Assembly (NCBI GenBank): GCA_030324005.1
Contig: JARDVH010000097.1
Span: 79,151,651 to 79,215,650, forward strand
Direction: 5' to 3'
From: Negaprion brevirostris
Taxonomy: Eukaryota
DNA length: 64,000 bases
The position numbers and the translations under genes were made by a program. The notes below the pieces were generated by a model that did no database searches, was not told the DNA's origin, and worked only from the letters and a program-made list of their open reading frames with translations. Below, one piece after another: positions 37,623 to 50,989 of the stretch. How positions within the stretch are numbered: position 1 is the first letter of the stretch; the number at the start of each line of letters is the position of its first letter.

Positions 37623-37852
37623 AATGTGTCTAATTTTGTTTTCATTTTTAATCAGTAATTCTGGGATTGTTAACAAATTCTAGAAACCTTTCTTCCTTAT
37701 CAGCATTCTGCTAAATTTGATAAGAAATGTTCTAAAACTTGAGAATTTGGATATGTTTCTGCTGTTAAAAATGTAGTTTCTATGTTTTTGGTGGACGGGA
37801 ATGGCAGAGGAGGTGGGGAATCGAGCAGGAGACTGAAAATGGCTTTAATGCT

Positions 37853-38573
37853 GGTGGGATTTTCCCTTTCGATTGTCCCCATGCTTTGCCACTGACGTAA
37901 GATCCTGATTTTAAAAATTGGATTCCAATTTACATCTAATTTCTAATGCAGATTAGGTGCTACGCCTGATTGTACCCCCACTTTGCACTGTCCATTCATG
38001 CTGATGTGAATCATGACAGGTCCTTCATGATGTGCACCTGGTGAAGCAAATCCATCCATCAGATGTGCACAGGTGAATACAGTCATCAAGGGGAAGAGAG
38101 TCTAGCCCTGGAACTGGGGGGTGGGGGGGTGTCAGAAGCTGCGTTTTGGGNNNNNNNNNNNNNNNNNNNNNNNNNNNNNNNNNNNNNNNNNNNNNNNNNN
38201 NNNNNNNNNNNNNNNNNNNNNNNNNNNNNNNNNNNNNNNNNNNNNNNNNNGGGGGGGGGGGGGGGGTGTCTTTTGTGTTCAGGAGGCTATGGTAGGTGAG
38301 GAGTTTCATTGGCAGGGGGAGGGGGTCTGTTTCCTTGTAAACCTCTTGTTTTTTTTAATGTCGTGGCACCCTTTAAACACGGCACCCTGATCTTTTGAAA
38401 GTCAACGTTGCTGGTGGGCAAAGCTCATTCAGAGCTTTATGTCGTGGGATCTGCCTCCTGGTTTTTTTGACTGATAAAAGAAATTGCAGGAAAAGCTGAC
38501 AGTGCATCTGGGGGTTACAGCTGCTTTTCCAACCCAAGTTGACGCTTAGTCAAAATATCAAAAAATTCTGCAC
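37853..38573. mobile_element. Probable Harbinger-type non-autonomous element
   Basis: GGTGGGATTTTCC start and AAAATTCTGCAC end; G-rich interior like the other MITEs. Confidence 0.4.
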
Positions 38574-40599
38574 TATAAGTGCATGAGAATTTTTTCTCCT
38601 TTCTAAGAAAAAGTTCTCATCAGAGTCTCTTCACAGGTGCCATAACTGTTTTGTCTCCCAGTACTTTTTAAAAATATTTCTTATATCACATAACTGTTAT
38701 TAACCTAGTGTTAAGTGAATTTACATTTGTCATACCAGTTTAAATTGGAATACCCAAAAGTAACTGAGTGAATTAATTAATTTTTGCCAACCAGCAAAGA
38801 AGAAATCTAGTAACAGTCAAGCAATGAACAATTCATTAACTTTCAACGTTGAATAACACTACTTAAAGCCAAACATTGCAATGTAAATAGTTCTAGAATG
38901 AGCCACCTATCAATTTGAATAGCAGGTTGTAAAAGCAGTTCAATGTTATTTCAGTAAATTACTGTTAACTGAATTATTATCAAATTTCAATTGAGATGAA
39001 TGCTTGAAATCGGTTGGTCAGATTAAGAAAGATATGTAGATAGCTAACAGCTTTAAACAGCCAATTTATTGAAAGGACTAGTGTATTATTAACTGTATTT
39101 GAAGGGGCCAGTTCCTTGATCTCAGGAAACATATGCATTTAAGTGATGAATTTACATCTCTTGCAGCTGACTTGTACAGTCATGCAATTTGCCTTCTGTA
39201 ACCAGTCTCTCTGTTTTTGATACACCTGGCATTTTAAAGGTTAGCTTTGATGTGGAAGGCAGCACAAAAATAGAAAACTAATGAGAGTAGCAGGTGTCTA
39301 CCAAGTGGTGTCTCGGGCACCTTTTTGCATATATTAGTTTAAAAAAGCCCTTTCGATTGAACCGACCAATTTGAGTGGTGCATGTCAAACATGATGTCAT
39401 TAGATTTAAATTGCCAGGTAAGTGCTCTGGCTGACATCCAAGTTAATAAAACAAACAAAGTAGGCTTGCAGATCACTTTCTTCTCAGCTACTTGACCTTT
39501 CTTTAACGCAGTGTTATAAGAAATTACATATTCATAGCACACTAAGCAAGTTATCTCTGATGTGTTTTTTCGAAGATGGCCTTCAATCTTTATGAAACAA
39601 TGTTTTTGTATATACAAACCTTCATAATTATAAATAGTTTTAGCCTTTTTAAAAATATTCCTGACATCTAATATAATGACAGACCCTCTTTTGAGGAAAC
39701 CTGTAAATTTTAAACTCCACTTTGGGGCAACATCCTAGACGTTTTACAGGATATTTTGCCTATGATATCTCTTCTAATAAGTACATTTATTGTGTGTGGA
39801 TAGTTCTTCTTTGCTTCCTTTTGCCCCCTTGGTTTTTCATATTATTTAAACATTTTATTAAACAGCTTGCTTCCATCAACTTTTTCAGTACTTTTCAGTA
39901 TCGGTAGCTCTTCAGAAAAGGTCCCCACCATGTCTGCACCATAGATAGCAATTTTACCGGAAAGGAATATTATCAATGATGTTCATTAAAAATTCAGTAG
40001 TTGAAAGTGCTTAAAAACTATCACAACGATGTTTGACCAAAGATTCCTAATAAACTGCTATCACCTTAATGGAAGGATTCTGATCAGCTCTATAACTGGG
40101 TCAACATGTTGAAAATGGAAATTAACACTATATCTAGGTTAGAAAATGAACAGAATTAGAGCAGGGCAAGTTGAGGAGCTATCATATTGCTGTTTTTAAA
40201 TTCCTTTCTTGGGACCGTGATCCCCTTGCATCATGCTTCCTTTTTGACTTTGGTGCTATGTATTAGTCTCTTGATGAGAATTAGGTTCCAATGTTAACAT
40301 TTTATCTCGCAGATTGAAATAAAAATGTAGAGAATATTGAGTTTCTGAATATAATTGTCTCACTTCCTCTTGCTTTGCATGCACTATCTTGATACATTTT
40401 TACTTATTTGTTCACTTACTCAAGCTTTGTTTTTGGAGAGCACGAGGACAGTCTAGACCCAGTCGACCCTGAGGGAATTTTTCTCTAATCTTGGATTGGT
40501 ACTGAGGTTGGAATAGCTGCCCAGTAACAACTTGAAGTGGCTATGATTAAAATCAGCCACTATTCTCAGATTCTAAGGTCTCTGCTGTCACCTACAGGG

Positions 40600-41464
40600 T
40601 GGACTGTACTCAGGTGGGAATGATTCAGTAAGTGCTCAACATCAGTCTTGAACTCTTTGAAATCTGATGGCTTCAAGTCAAAAATCATCAACATAACAAT
40701 GCATTTTTCCTTAATTGTTGAATCAATACTTCTCAAACTTGAACATCACTTAGAGGAAACTCTTTTGGAAGTGAGGGACTTTACTATTCACCACCAAGAT
40801 GGGTTTGATAGCATTGAACTTGCAGCATCCAAAAGGATTTCACTGCCAATCTGGACATGCACCTTCAATCAATGAATTAGCTTAACTTTTATCAATTGAA
40901 ATACTTAAACGTGAAAGGATACAATTCTTAACTGCTACTGTTAACCAATCTCTCTTGATTCTAATCCAAGGAATATTCCTCATAGACTTAACTCCCCTTC
41001 AAAAATATCAGCTGGCAAACAACAGGCTTAAGTGGTTTGTACTTGCTACCAGTGCTAGAACCTTTGAACACACTGGGGAGAGATATACAGAGAGACATCT
41101 GTCTTTGAACCCTCAGACAACAGCCTCCAGAGAAAGAGAAAAACACCTCTTGTTTCTTGTAGACCCTAGCAAATCTGCCTGCTTGTTTCTGTAAGCTTAG
41201 TTCCTCCCATTTGCACTTGACTCTTTCTCTTGTCAGTCAACATATTCTGAAACCCCAGAGAAAGGGAAAACTCTAAAATACACAAAAATGCATTAGCTCA
41301 GATTAAAACACTCACCCCATTATCTCCAAGCAATTATTCTCCTGCATTCTCAGCATGTGGCTGTCTGGACAAATCAGCACCGTAAAAACAGAGCTGACTT
41401 CTAAATATTCCTTTCACAAGAGACATGATATAAATACATTTCTTTAAGGGACAGTATCATCACA
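40600..41464 (-). mobile_element. Probable solo LTR
   Basis: Minus strand begins TGTGATGATACTGTCCCTTAAAGAAATG, an LTR-like TG start; far boundary uncertain. Confidence 0.45.
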
Positions 41465-42639
41465 ATGTTCCTCCATATTATTCTCATGATTTTATGGACT
41501 TTGCTGAATTAGCATGAACAAATTATTTTTTAGGAGGGGGCTTCAATTGTCATCTAAATATTTTGATAAGCTTCCTATAGCTAGGAATCCAGCTACTCAA
41601 CAGGTGAAAGCACTAATGTCTGTATGTGATGAATTGGGATATTGGGATATTTGGATGTTTGGAGAACATTGCACCCTGTTCTGGGGGTTTTTCTATTGGT
41701 GTTTTGATTCTCTTAACTTAAGAAAACTGAAGAATTAAATTTGCAAACGGAAGATCTTTGTTTGACGTAATTAAAATTTATTAAAAACACAAAAAATCAT
41801 TTACAAGGCAAAACATTAACCTCGGCCATGGGAGGCCTTTGGATAGTCAAGTAGTTCTGAATCGGTGCTAAAGACCCCTCCAAAGATCTGAGGCACTAAA
41901 CCAACATCCAATACAATTATACCTTTCAATATCTAAGATACTCCTAATTAGCTTAGATGTGATTTCATTTCATGTTAACATGTCAGTCCAAAATCAGACA
42001 TTACCTCAGCCAATTGCAGTGCACGACTTGACTTAATGATCTTTCAATTGTCAATCAAAAAAAACTGATTTCCTCCTCCTGGCATGGCTTATTTCCTCGT
42101 TGCTATGTCTCTAATGAGAGATATAGCCATGTCTCTCATTACCACCTGAATACCTTTCCCGTTGGCATATTGCCAGAATAAACGGATGCTGTCAGTTCTG
42201 GGCCCAAGAACCGATACTTTCTGTTTTCTGTTTTGGACAATAAAGCCTTTTACTTTGGACATGGAATGTTTCAGTATCTGTCCCAAACATGAAACTACAT
42301 TATATAATTCTGCTGACTAAATGGATTTAGCTGTTGAACTCTTGAACTTCTATAGCCTCTGCAGTGCTCGCATTTTGACTGAGGCAAACAGATATTTGAA
42401 TTAAATTTAATATATTTATAAACAACAATAAAATCATCTCCTGTTCATTTTAATAGTGGTTAGCATTCACTTATGAGAAAATTGTTAACATTATCTTGTT
42501 AGGTGAAAGTCATTTTAGCTCTTTCCTTCCCAGCTGTTGCGAAAACTAAAATTGCCTATGGCTCTGCTACTTAACTTGGAATCCCCTTCCTAAGGACAAA
42601 GGTTTCACTGCCTTCCCTGCTCCCCACCAATGTAATATC

Positions 42640-43830
42640 AGAATTGATTATTTTTTTCCTGCCAAAAAAAATTACATTCAATGGTTCCCTGCTCCATAGG
42701 TATTATTGTAATCTCTGATCATGCCACAATCTTCTTGGATTTTTTATTCAGTGATATATTAATATTTCAAATTATGGAAATTCAATGCATCTCTTTTTTG
42801 CAAGAGAATTTCTAAATGACCGACAAAGAGTAAATTCCGCACTGACAGCTAGAAATAAAAGTGGCCAACACTGAAAGAAAATGTGGTAAGAACCCTAGCA
42901 TTGAAAGAAATTAATGCAGTCCAAACAGTGTTAGATTCCTTATCGATTCAACATGATGAAAGAAGTGTAAAATTTGCAAAACAAGAGCTGTGTGAATTTG
43001 GAAATAAACCAGGTGTGAATACTTTGCTCAAATAAATGAAAACAAGTTACTGAGAATGCTAGAATCTGAAACAAAAATAAAGTTCTGGAAAATCTTAGCA
43101 GGTCTGACAGCATCTGTGATGGAAAACAGAGCTAATGTTTTGAGTCTGGATGACCCTTCTTCATCAGTACGTTTGACGAAAGATCATCCAGACTTTCAAC
43201 ACTAGCTCTGTTTTTCTTTCCACAGATGCTGTCAGACCTGTAGATATTTAGCTCTCCTTCTAAAGGAAAAAGTAGACTCTGGAACTATTTCTTCTGTATT
43301 GTATTCAAAGGGCAATAGGAATATTTAAGACTGAGGATCTTAGTAGGACATTTAATGCACTAATGCATAAAAGCAGTTCTTCTCTGTTTTTGAACTCCCA
43401 ACGATTTCTGAAGGCCAAAGTTCAACCTTAAACGTCCCCATTTCTAAAAAGGGAGTATTACCCATATTGAAAGATCTTCGGTCTGGTAACACTCCATGAT
43501 CTGATGGTTTTGGAAATGAATTTTATAAGAAATTCAAATATATGCTGATAGAACCTTGATTGGCATGTATACCTATTTTTTGAAGTAGACAGCTACCTCC
43601 AGTCTCCTAGAGAAGCAAATACTTCTTTCATTTTGAAGAGAGGCAAAAGCCCTGAAGATTGTGCCTCCTGTAGATCAGTCTTGCTTTTAAATGTTGATGT
43701 GAAATTTTACTGGCATTGCACCTATTTAAAAAAAACTTTTTTCTTTAATTATCCAGAGTGATCAGACTGGGTTTATAAAAGGCTGTAAATTATGTAACAA
43801 TGTCAGGAGATTATTAAATATCATTCAGGT
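42640..43830 (+). mobile_element. L1 LINE ORF2 remnant (endonuclease C-terminus to RT)
   Basis: CSIGIIVISDHA; LWKFNASL; FAKQELCEFGNKPG; SDGFGNEFYKKFK; ILKRGKSPEDCASCRSVLLLNVDVK; DQTGFIKG..NNVRRLLNII. Confidence 0.88.
43038..43240. mobile_element. Palindromic Penelope terminal repeat inserted in L1
   Basis: CAGGTCTGACAGCATCTGTG..AAAACAGAGCTA...AGTCTGGATGA versus TCATCCAGACT...TAGCTCTGTTTT..CACAGATGCTGTCAGACCTG. Confidence 0.82.
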
Positions 43831-43959
43831 TTCTCAGTGTTGAAACCCTGGGATAGATGAACCAGCTGTATTGTTTTCTCTATGCATTAAAATTTTTATG
43901 CTGTAATGTACCAGTTTTATTGATGTTGTTATGCTTTAAAAAAAACTCAAATATTTTCC

Positions 43960-44660
43960 ACAAAAAACAAAGTTGCTCGTACCATGTTATTCGGGCTTGG
44001 ATTGGCAAGTGGCAGCTCACCTGCAAGTAGTCATAAATTACCATCTTGACCAAGAAAAATGAGGACAGCACCTACAGCCTTCTCTGTCATGACCATTAGC
44101 AGGTCTCTGGCTAATTATCACTTAGGGTAACCAATGATTAGAATTTATCAGTCACGTTAACACCGTGGCTGTAAGAGCTGGGTAGAGGCTGCTCAGTGAT
44201 GAGTGGCTCACCTTTTAACCTCGCTGTCCAAATTTCTACATTCTCCACTGGAATACTTGGCACACTTCTGGATGGTTGAAGCCAAAACAACACCAAAATT
44301 TAAACACCATCCAGGACTAATCAGTTGACTTGGTTTGTACCTTTGCACTGGACTTGATTCCAATTCCCATCATCACTTGTCTCACCACAGTTGCAGTATA
44401 TGAAATCTATAGGATACATTGCAGCATTTCAAGATACATTCAACAGCAAAGCCCTCTGTTGCACGTTCTACCAGAAAAAATCACCACATGAAGGAGCAGC
44501 GCTCTGAAAGCTTGTGATTTTAAATGAATCTGTTGGACTATAACTTGATGTCATATGACCTCTCATTTTATCCACCCCACTCCAACACCAGCATCTCCAC
44601 AAAATATGAAGATAACCATGTTGTGGGAGGACATCACCTCTGAAGTTTTCTTCCAGGTTC
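43960..44660 (+). mobile_element. Decayed second-family CR1-clade LINE fragment containing a Penelope-type repeat at 44480-44600
   Basis: Colinear with 48640-49220; ATGAAGGAGCAGCGCTCTGAAAGCTTG motif. Confidence 0.6.
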
Positions 44661-45737
44661 AATTATAAAAGATGATATATGAGAAGAGTAGACTCGGTGA
44701 CCCATTGAGCCTGCTCTACCATTCAATATGATCATAGCTGATCTTCTGCTACAACTCTTTCTGCCTAGTTCCCATATCCATCAATTCAGAGAAACCCAAA
44801 TTCTCCAGTGTCTAGGTAGCACTCTTTCTCCTTGATGTTCTGCAATGCAGCTCAGACTCCAGCTCAGCAACTCCTGAACTGAAGTTGCTCGAGCTCCAGA
44901 CACTTAGCACAGGAATGGCTGTCTTGAGATTGTAGCGCTCTTCACAAACTTATACCCATTACAGTTATGGAATGGCACCTATCCAACCTTATCTGTTTAA
45001 CCTATTGTCTTTATCTTGGATTGTCTTGGACCTGCACTGCATTTTTTCATTGTCCCTATGCCAGTATCTGGAATTCGTTATGTAGCTCCATTTTTAATTA
45101 CCATCACAACATGGATTGACATCTTTAAGAAGGAGGCCTACCACCACCTTTTAAAGACCAGTAAAGATGTGCAACAAATTCTAATGCTGTCAACAACCCA
45201 AGATCATACTTTTCTAAATGCTTTCACTTTGTAATCAAAAGTCAGGTTTTTTCATGTAATTGTGAAATTTACAGTTTCCTGTCAGCTCCAGAATTGATTG
45301 ATTAACATAACAGGATTTTTATAGACATTAACAGTAAAAGAATTCAAAATCAAAGTGAATAGAATGTCTTTAGGAAGCCAAAGATAAGATGCTATTTGGT
45401 TGGAGGTGGGAAGAATAAAAGAGCTAATACACTACTTGGTGTATTTTATAGGTCACCCAATAGTAGAAAGGAGATATAAGAGGAGAATTACCAAATAATT
45501 AGTGTCAGGTGCAAGAACTATAGAGCAGTGATAACGGGAGACTGAGGAATCAATAATTGAAAGCAGAGACATAGCAAGAGACTTTGAACAAGCATTTTGC
45601 ATTTTACTGTATGTTCAAGTTACAAAAAGCACCTCGAACAGGAGAAAATCATGGGGTAAAAGGGAGGCAAGAACTTAAACTGATTGCTATCATTAAAAAA
45701 AACATACATAAACTAATGGGACTAAAATTTGACAAGT

Positions 45738-46820
45738 CATAGAAACTAGAAGCAGGAATAGGTTATTCGGCCTTTCAAGACTGCTCCGCCATTCATCTTG
45801 ATCATGGCTGATCTTCGAATTCAATATTCTGATTTCGCACCCCCCGCCATCCTTGATCCCTTTAGCCCCAATAGCTATATCTAATTTCTTCTTGAAATCA
45901 GGCAACATTTTAACCTCAACTACGTTTGGTGGTACTGAATTCCACACATTCACCACCCTCTGAGTGAAGAAATTTCTGCTCACCTCAGTTCTAAAAGGTT
46001 TATCCTTTATCCTCAAACTATGACTCCTAGTTCTGGACTCCCTTACTACTGGGAACATATTTTCTGAATCCACCCTGTCTAACCCTGTTAGAATTTTGTA
46101 TGTGTCTATGAGGTCCCCTCCCACTCTTCTAAACTCCAGTGAATGTAATCCTAACTGACTTAATCTCTCCTAATATGACAGAACTGCCACCCCAGAATCA
46201 GCCTTGACATTTACTGTACTCCCTTTATAGCAAGGACATTCTTCCTCCGATAAGGATGCCAAAACTGCGAGCAATATTTTAGGTGTGGTCTCACCAACAC
46301 CCTATATAATTGCAGCAAACATCCCTATCTCTATACTCAAATCCTCTTGCCAAGAAGGACAGCGTATCATTTGCCGCCTTTACTGCTTGCTGTACTTGCA
46401 CACTTACTTTCAGTGACTGATGCACAAGGGCTCCAAGCTCTTGTTGAGTATCTACCTCTCTGTTTACACCCATTCAAGTAATAATCTGTCTTCCTATTAT
46501 TGCTACCAAAATGGATAACCTCACATTTATCCACATTATACTACATTCGCCACGCAGGTCCCCACACGCAGCCTGTCCAAATCACACTGAAGCATCCTCC
46601 TCGCAGCTCACCCTTCCACCCAACTTTATCATCTCCAAATTTGGAGATAATACATTCTGTTCTGTCTTCCAAATCATTGATATATATTGTGAACAATTGG
46701 GGTCCTAACACACGTCCCTGCGGATCTGTCACTAGTCACTTACAATCAGAAAAGGACCCATTTCTGCCAATTCTTTGTTTTCTATCTGATAACCAGATTT
46801 CTCTCCATCTCAAGATCCAT
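45738..46820 (-). mobile_element. CR1 LINE 3' 1.1 kb, nested in a plus-strand CR1
   Basis: PQGRVLGPQLFTIYINDL..ISKFGDDKV; GDLIDTYKILTGLDRVD..FRTEVSRNFFTQRVVNVWNS. Confidence 0.92.
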
Positions 46821-46953
46821 TAATAAGAAATTAGTAGCAGGACATTTAGAAAATTGTAATACGAACGGGCAGAACCAACATGTTTTTAATAAAAGGGAAA
46901 TTGCATATGAGAAGTTTAATAGAATGCTTTTGAGGATGTTACAAACAGGGTAG

Positions 46954-47984
46954 TGTTATGAACCCATAGGTACCCATTAACTTTTAAAAAGAAATTCAAA
47001 CCCCAAGTTATTAATTGAAAGAAATTATGCCACAATATTTTGGGTTTTAAATAAACACTTTCACTGCACAACAATTAAAGCAAATCTTTACTAACTTAAC
47101 ACTTAAACTTTATTGTTTAAGTCCGAAACTAAACAGATCACTTCCTGTTCTATTTTTAATTCTGCCCTAAGAGTTCCATATACATTACAAGATATTGAGG
47201 TTCTGTCACTTCTGGAACCAAATCAGGATCTGACACAGGTATGAGGATTGACTTTGACTTTCCTCCATTTCCCAGTCTGGCACTTAGATTTCCAGATTGC
47301 TGTCTGAGGATGCCACTGCTGATCTCTTCCACTAGCTTTATCAGGGAAATTCAACAATACTAATTTTTAATGGACAGGGATTTTTCATCCCAAGCATAGG
47401 CTCCATTCACAATTCCTGCATTGTAACTCCAAATCAGGAATACCTCCGATTCCTAATGGCTTCAATGCATTATGTTCTGGCTGTTTTCTCTAAGTCTTCC
47501 AAGCTGCCTGTTTCTCAATACACAGATAAACCCAGTGCAAAGGATTGAATCCCTCCAATCAATCTCCCTTGTAACCTGGCCATCAGGGAAAGAGAATTCA
47601 ATTAATTAACTTCAATTCCCAAACTTCTCCTTTGATCTGAAAAGTACATAAATATTTTAAGACCGTCCCTTGTTTACCTTTTGCTTCCAAACCTTTCTTT
47701 GATCTGGGACCACATGAATAATTTATCTCTCTTATGGAGACAACTATAGATATCTCGATTTTACCAAGACTCAGCAAGGGGTTGGCCATTGTTCAATGTT
47801 TTCACACTTCTAACTGATCTTTTTAAAGTTAAATAAACACAGACTATCCTTTGAATTGCAATTACTTTAGGTTTTGTTTATTGGCCTGTCACTCAGGTTT
47901 ATCTCATCTTACATTTTAAATTTAAATTTCCAACTCCAGGTTAAATTCCTGAAGCATATGAATATACAATTGCATGATTCATAA
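46954..47984. mobile_element. Probable solo LTR (about 1.03 kb) inserted in CR1 RT
   Basis: Starts TGTTATGAA and ends TTCATAA; CR1 sequence reads through on removal (ACAAACAGGGTAG / ATAAAGGGAA). Confidence 0.6.
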
Positions 47985-48067
47985 AGGGAAATTAGCAAAT
48001 GTATAACATTTAGATTTTTAAAGAAACTTGATAATGTGCTACGTATAAGGTTGCCATGCAAGATGCA

Positions 48068-49440
48068 CAATAAGCAGGACAAATCCAACAGGGCCAATTA
48101 CTGCCCCATCAGCCTACTCTCAATCATCAGTAGAATGATGGAATGCATTACCAGCCATGCTATTAAGCAGTACCCGCTCAGCAATAACCTGCTCAGTGAC
48201 ACCCGATTTGAGTGTCATTAGGGTAACCCAGCTCCTGGCATCATTGCAGCCTTGGTCCAAACATGGACAGAGAGCTGAATTCCAGAAATGAGTTGAGACA
48301 TCAAGGCCGCATTTGACCAAGTGTGGCATCAAGGAGCCTTAGCAAAACTGGAATCAACGGGCATCGGGGCAAACTCTCCGCTGGGTTGGAGTCATATCTG
48401 GCATATAGGAAGATGGTTCTTGGGGAGTGGGGGGGACGGTCAGTCATTTCAGCTCCAGGACATCTCNNNNNNNNNNNNNNNNNNNNNNNNNCTAGGCCCA
48501 AATTCAGCTGCTTCATCAATGACCTTCCCTTTGTCAAATGGTCAGAAGTGGGGATGTTGGCTGATTGCTCAATGTTCAGCACTATTCACAACTCCTGAGA
48601 AACTGCAGCAGTCATGTTCAAATGTAAGAAGATCTGGGCAATATTCAGACTTTGGCTGACTGGTGGCAAGAAACGTATATGCCATTGCAAGTGTCAGGTA
48701 AGGACCATCACCAGTAAGAGACAATCTAACCACTGCCCATTGACATTTAATGATATTACCATCACTGAATTCCCCCACTGTCAATATCCTTGGGGTTACC
48801 ACTGACGAGAAACTGAAACTTGGATAAACACAGTAGCTACAAGAGCAAGTCAGAGGCTAGGAATTCCATAGTGACTAACTCACCTCCTGACTCCCAAAGC
48901 CTGCCTGCCATCTACAAGGCACAAGTCAGGAGTGTGAAGGAATACTCCCCACTTGACTGGATTTGTGCAGCTCCAACAATACCCAAGAACTTGACGCCAT
49001 CCAGGACAATGCAGCCCACTTGATAGGCACCATATCCACAAACCTCCACCATCGACGCTCAGTCGCAGCAGAGACTATCTGCGAGATGCACCAATATCTA
49101 CAAATTCATCAAAGATCCTTAGACAGCACCTTCCAAACCCATGACTACCTTAATCTGTAAGGACAAGGGCAACAGATATATGGGAACATCACCACCTACA
49201 AGTTCCCCTGCAAGCCACTCATCATCCTGACTTGGAAATATATCGTCATTCCTTTCCAGTCGTTGGGTTGAAATCATGCACTTCCCTCACTAACGGCCTT
49301 GTAGGTCAATCCACAGCATGTGGACTGCAGCATTTCAAGAAGACAGCTCACAACCACATTCTCAATGGCATCTAGGGATTGGCAATAAATGGTGGCCAAC
49401 CAGCATCGCCCATGTCTCATGATTGAATGAATAAAAAAAA
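48068..49440 (+). mobile_element. Second CR1-clade LINE family, RT to 3' end
   Basis: QDKSNRANYCPISLLSIISRMME; FSCFINDLP..SEVGMLADC; IYKAQVRSVKEYSPLDW; tail TGATTGAATGAATAAAAAAAA. Confidence 0.9.
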
Positions 49441-50480
49441 GCCCATGCTATTGGTCTTAATATTGGCATGTAAAGAAGATTGGCTAACAGCAAACAAGTT
49501 GGGAAAAATTGGTAATTTCTACATTGACAAACCAAAGATAGTGGAGTGCCACAGGTATTAGTGCTCGGCTTTAATTACGTAAATATTAATGACTTGAATG
49601 AAGGGATTGAGTGTATTATCACCAAATTTGCTGATGACACAAAAAGAGGAAAACAGGTTACGAGGACGGCACAAAAGGTTTGCAAAAGGATATAGGTAGG
49701 TTAAGTGAATGGACAAAAACTTGACAGATGGAGTATATGGTGGGGGAATGTCAGATTGCCTTGGGTGAAAAGGATAGAAAAGGAGCATATTATTTAAGTG
49801 GACAAGAGGCTGCAGAGGAATCTGAATGTGCTTGTACGTTAATTACGAAGAAGTTAGCATGTAAGCACAGCAAGTAATTAGGAATTTTGCAAAAGGGCTG
49901 GTGTGTAGATGTAGGAACATCTTGTTACAGTTGTACATGGTGTTGGTGAGACCAGACGTGGAGTACCATAGACAGTTTGGCCTTTTTAAGGAGGCGTATA
50001 GTTACATTGGAGGTAGTTCAGAGAAGGTTCCTGGAACGAAGGGGTTGCCTTCAGGAAAGGTTGACTGTATTGGATCAAAGTGCATTGGAGTTTAGAAGAA
50101 TGAGAGGTGGTCTTATCAAAACATTCAAGATTGTAAGGGGACTTGACAGGGTAGATGCCAAGAGGATGTTTTTCTTGTGGGAGAATCTCAAAACTAAGGG
50201 ACGCTTTCAAAATAAGGGATTTATTATTTAAAATGAATGTGAGGGGGAATTTCTTCTGTGGGTCATTAATCTTTGGAGTTATCTAATCCAGTGAGTTGTG
50301 GAGGCTGTGTCACTGAATAAATTCAAAGCTGAGTTACACAGATTTTTGATTTACAAGGGAGTCCAGCGTTTTAAGGGGCAGGCAGGAAATGGGGTTAAGG
50401 TCACAGTCTGATCAGCCATTATCTTATTGAATGGTGAGTAGACTGAAGATGCCAAATGGCCTATACCTCTTGTGTTCTTA
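49441..50480 (+). mobile_element. CR1 RT to 3' end (continuation of the copy split at 46953 and 48067)
   Basis: KFADDTK; LLQLYMVLVRPDVEY; RRMRGGLIKTFKIVRGLDRVD. Confidence 0.88.
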
Positions 50481-50989
50481 TTGTGGTTTTATTGGCATTT
50501 ATCAAGATGAAGACTTGGCCAAAGTAACGGTAAATGGAGAGGTTGCTGGAATACTGGATTAGACTACAAAGGAATTCCAGGAATACTGGATGAAATGAAA
50601 AATAAAGAGGAGATACTAGGAAGATTGACAGTACCTTCAACGGGGTAAGTCACCCAGTCTGGATGGGCACAACTGGGTTGCTGAGGGCGCTAAAGGAAGA
50701 AATTGAGCAGGTGCCTGTAACAATCGTCTAGCCCTGCTTAGATTCAAGAGTGGTGCCAAAGGACTGGAGGATTCAAAATGTTTCACCTTTTGTTCAAAAC
50801 GGATAAACCCTGCAATTATAGATTGGGCAGTTTAACATCACCCTGACAGCATCTATGGAGAGAGAAACAACTAAAATTTTGAATTAAATATCAGAGCTCT
50901 TTGCAGTCAGATCCGAAGAAGAATTTCTGACAGAGTTTCTAAGAGAAGGCTTTCTGCCCTAACGAGCGGAGTGTTCACAATAAAGTGGA

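Noticed and set aside
41770-42300. Possible minus-strand L1/Tx1 3' end
   Set aside because: Only a vague peptide resemblance; not enough to call
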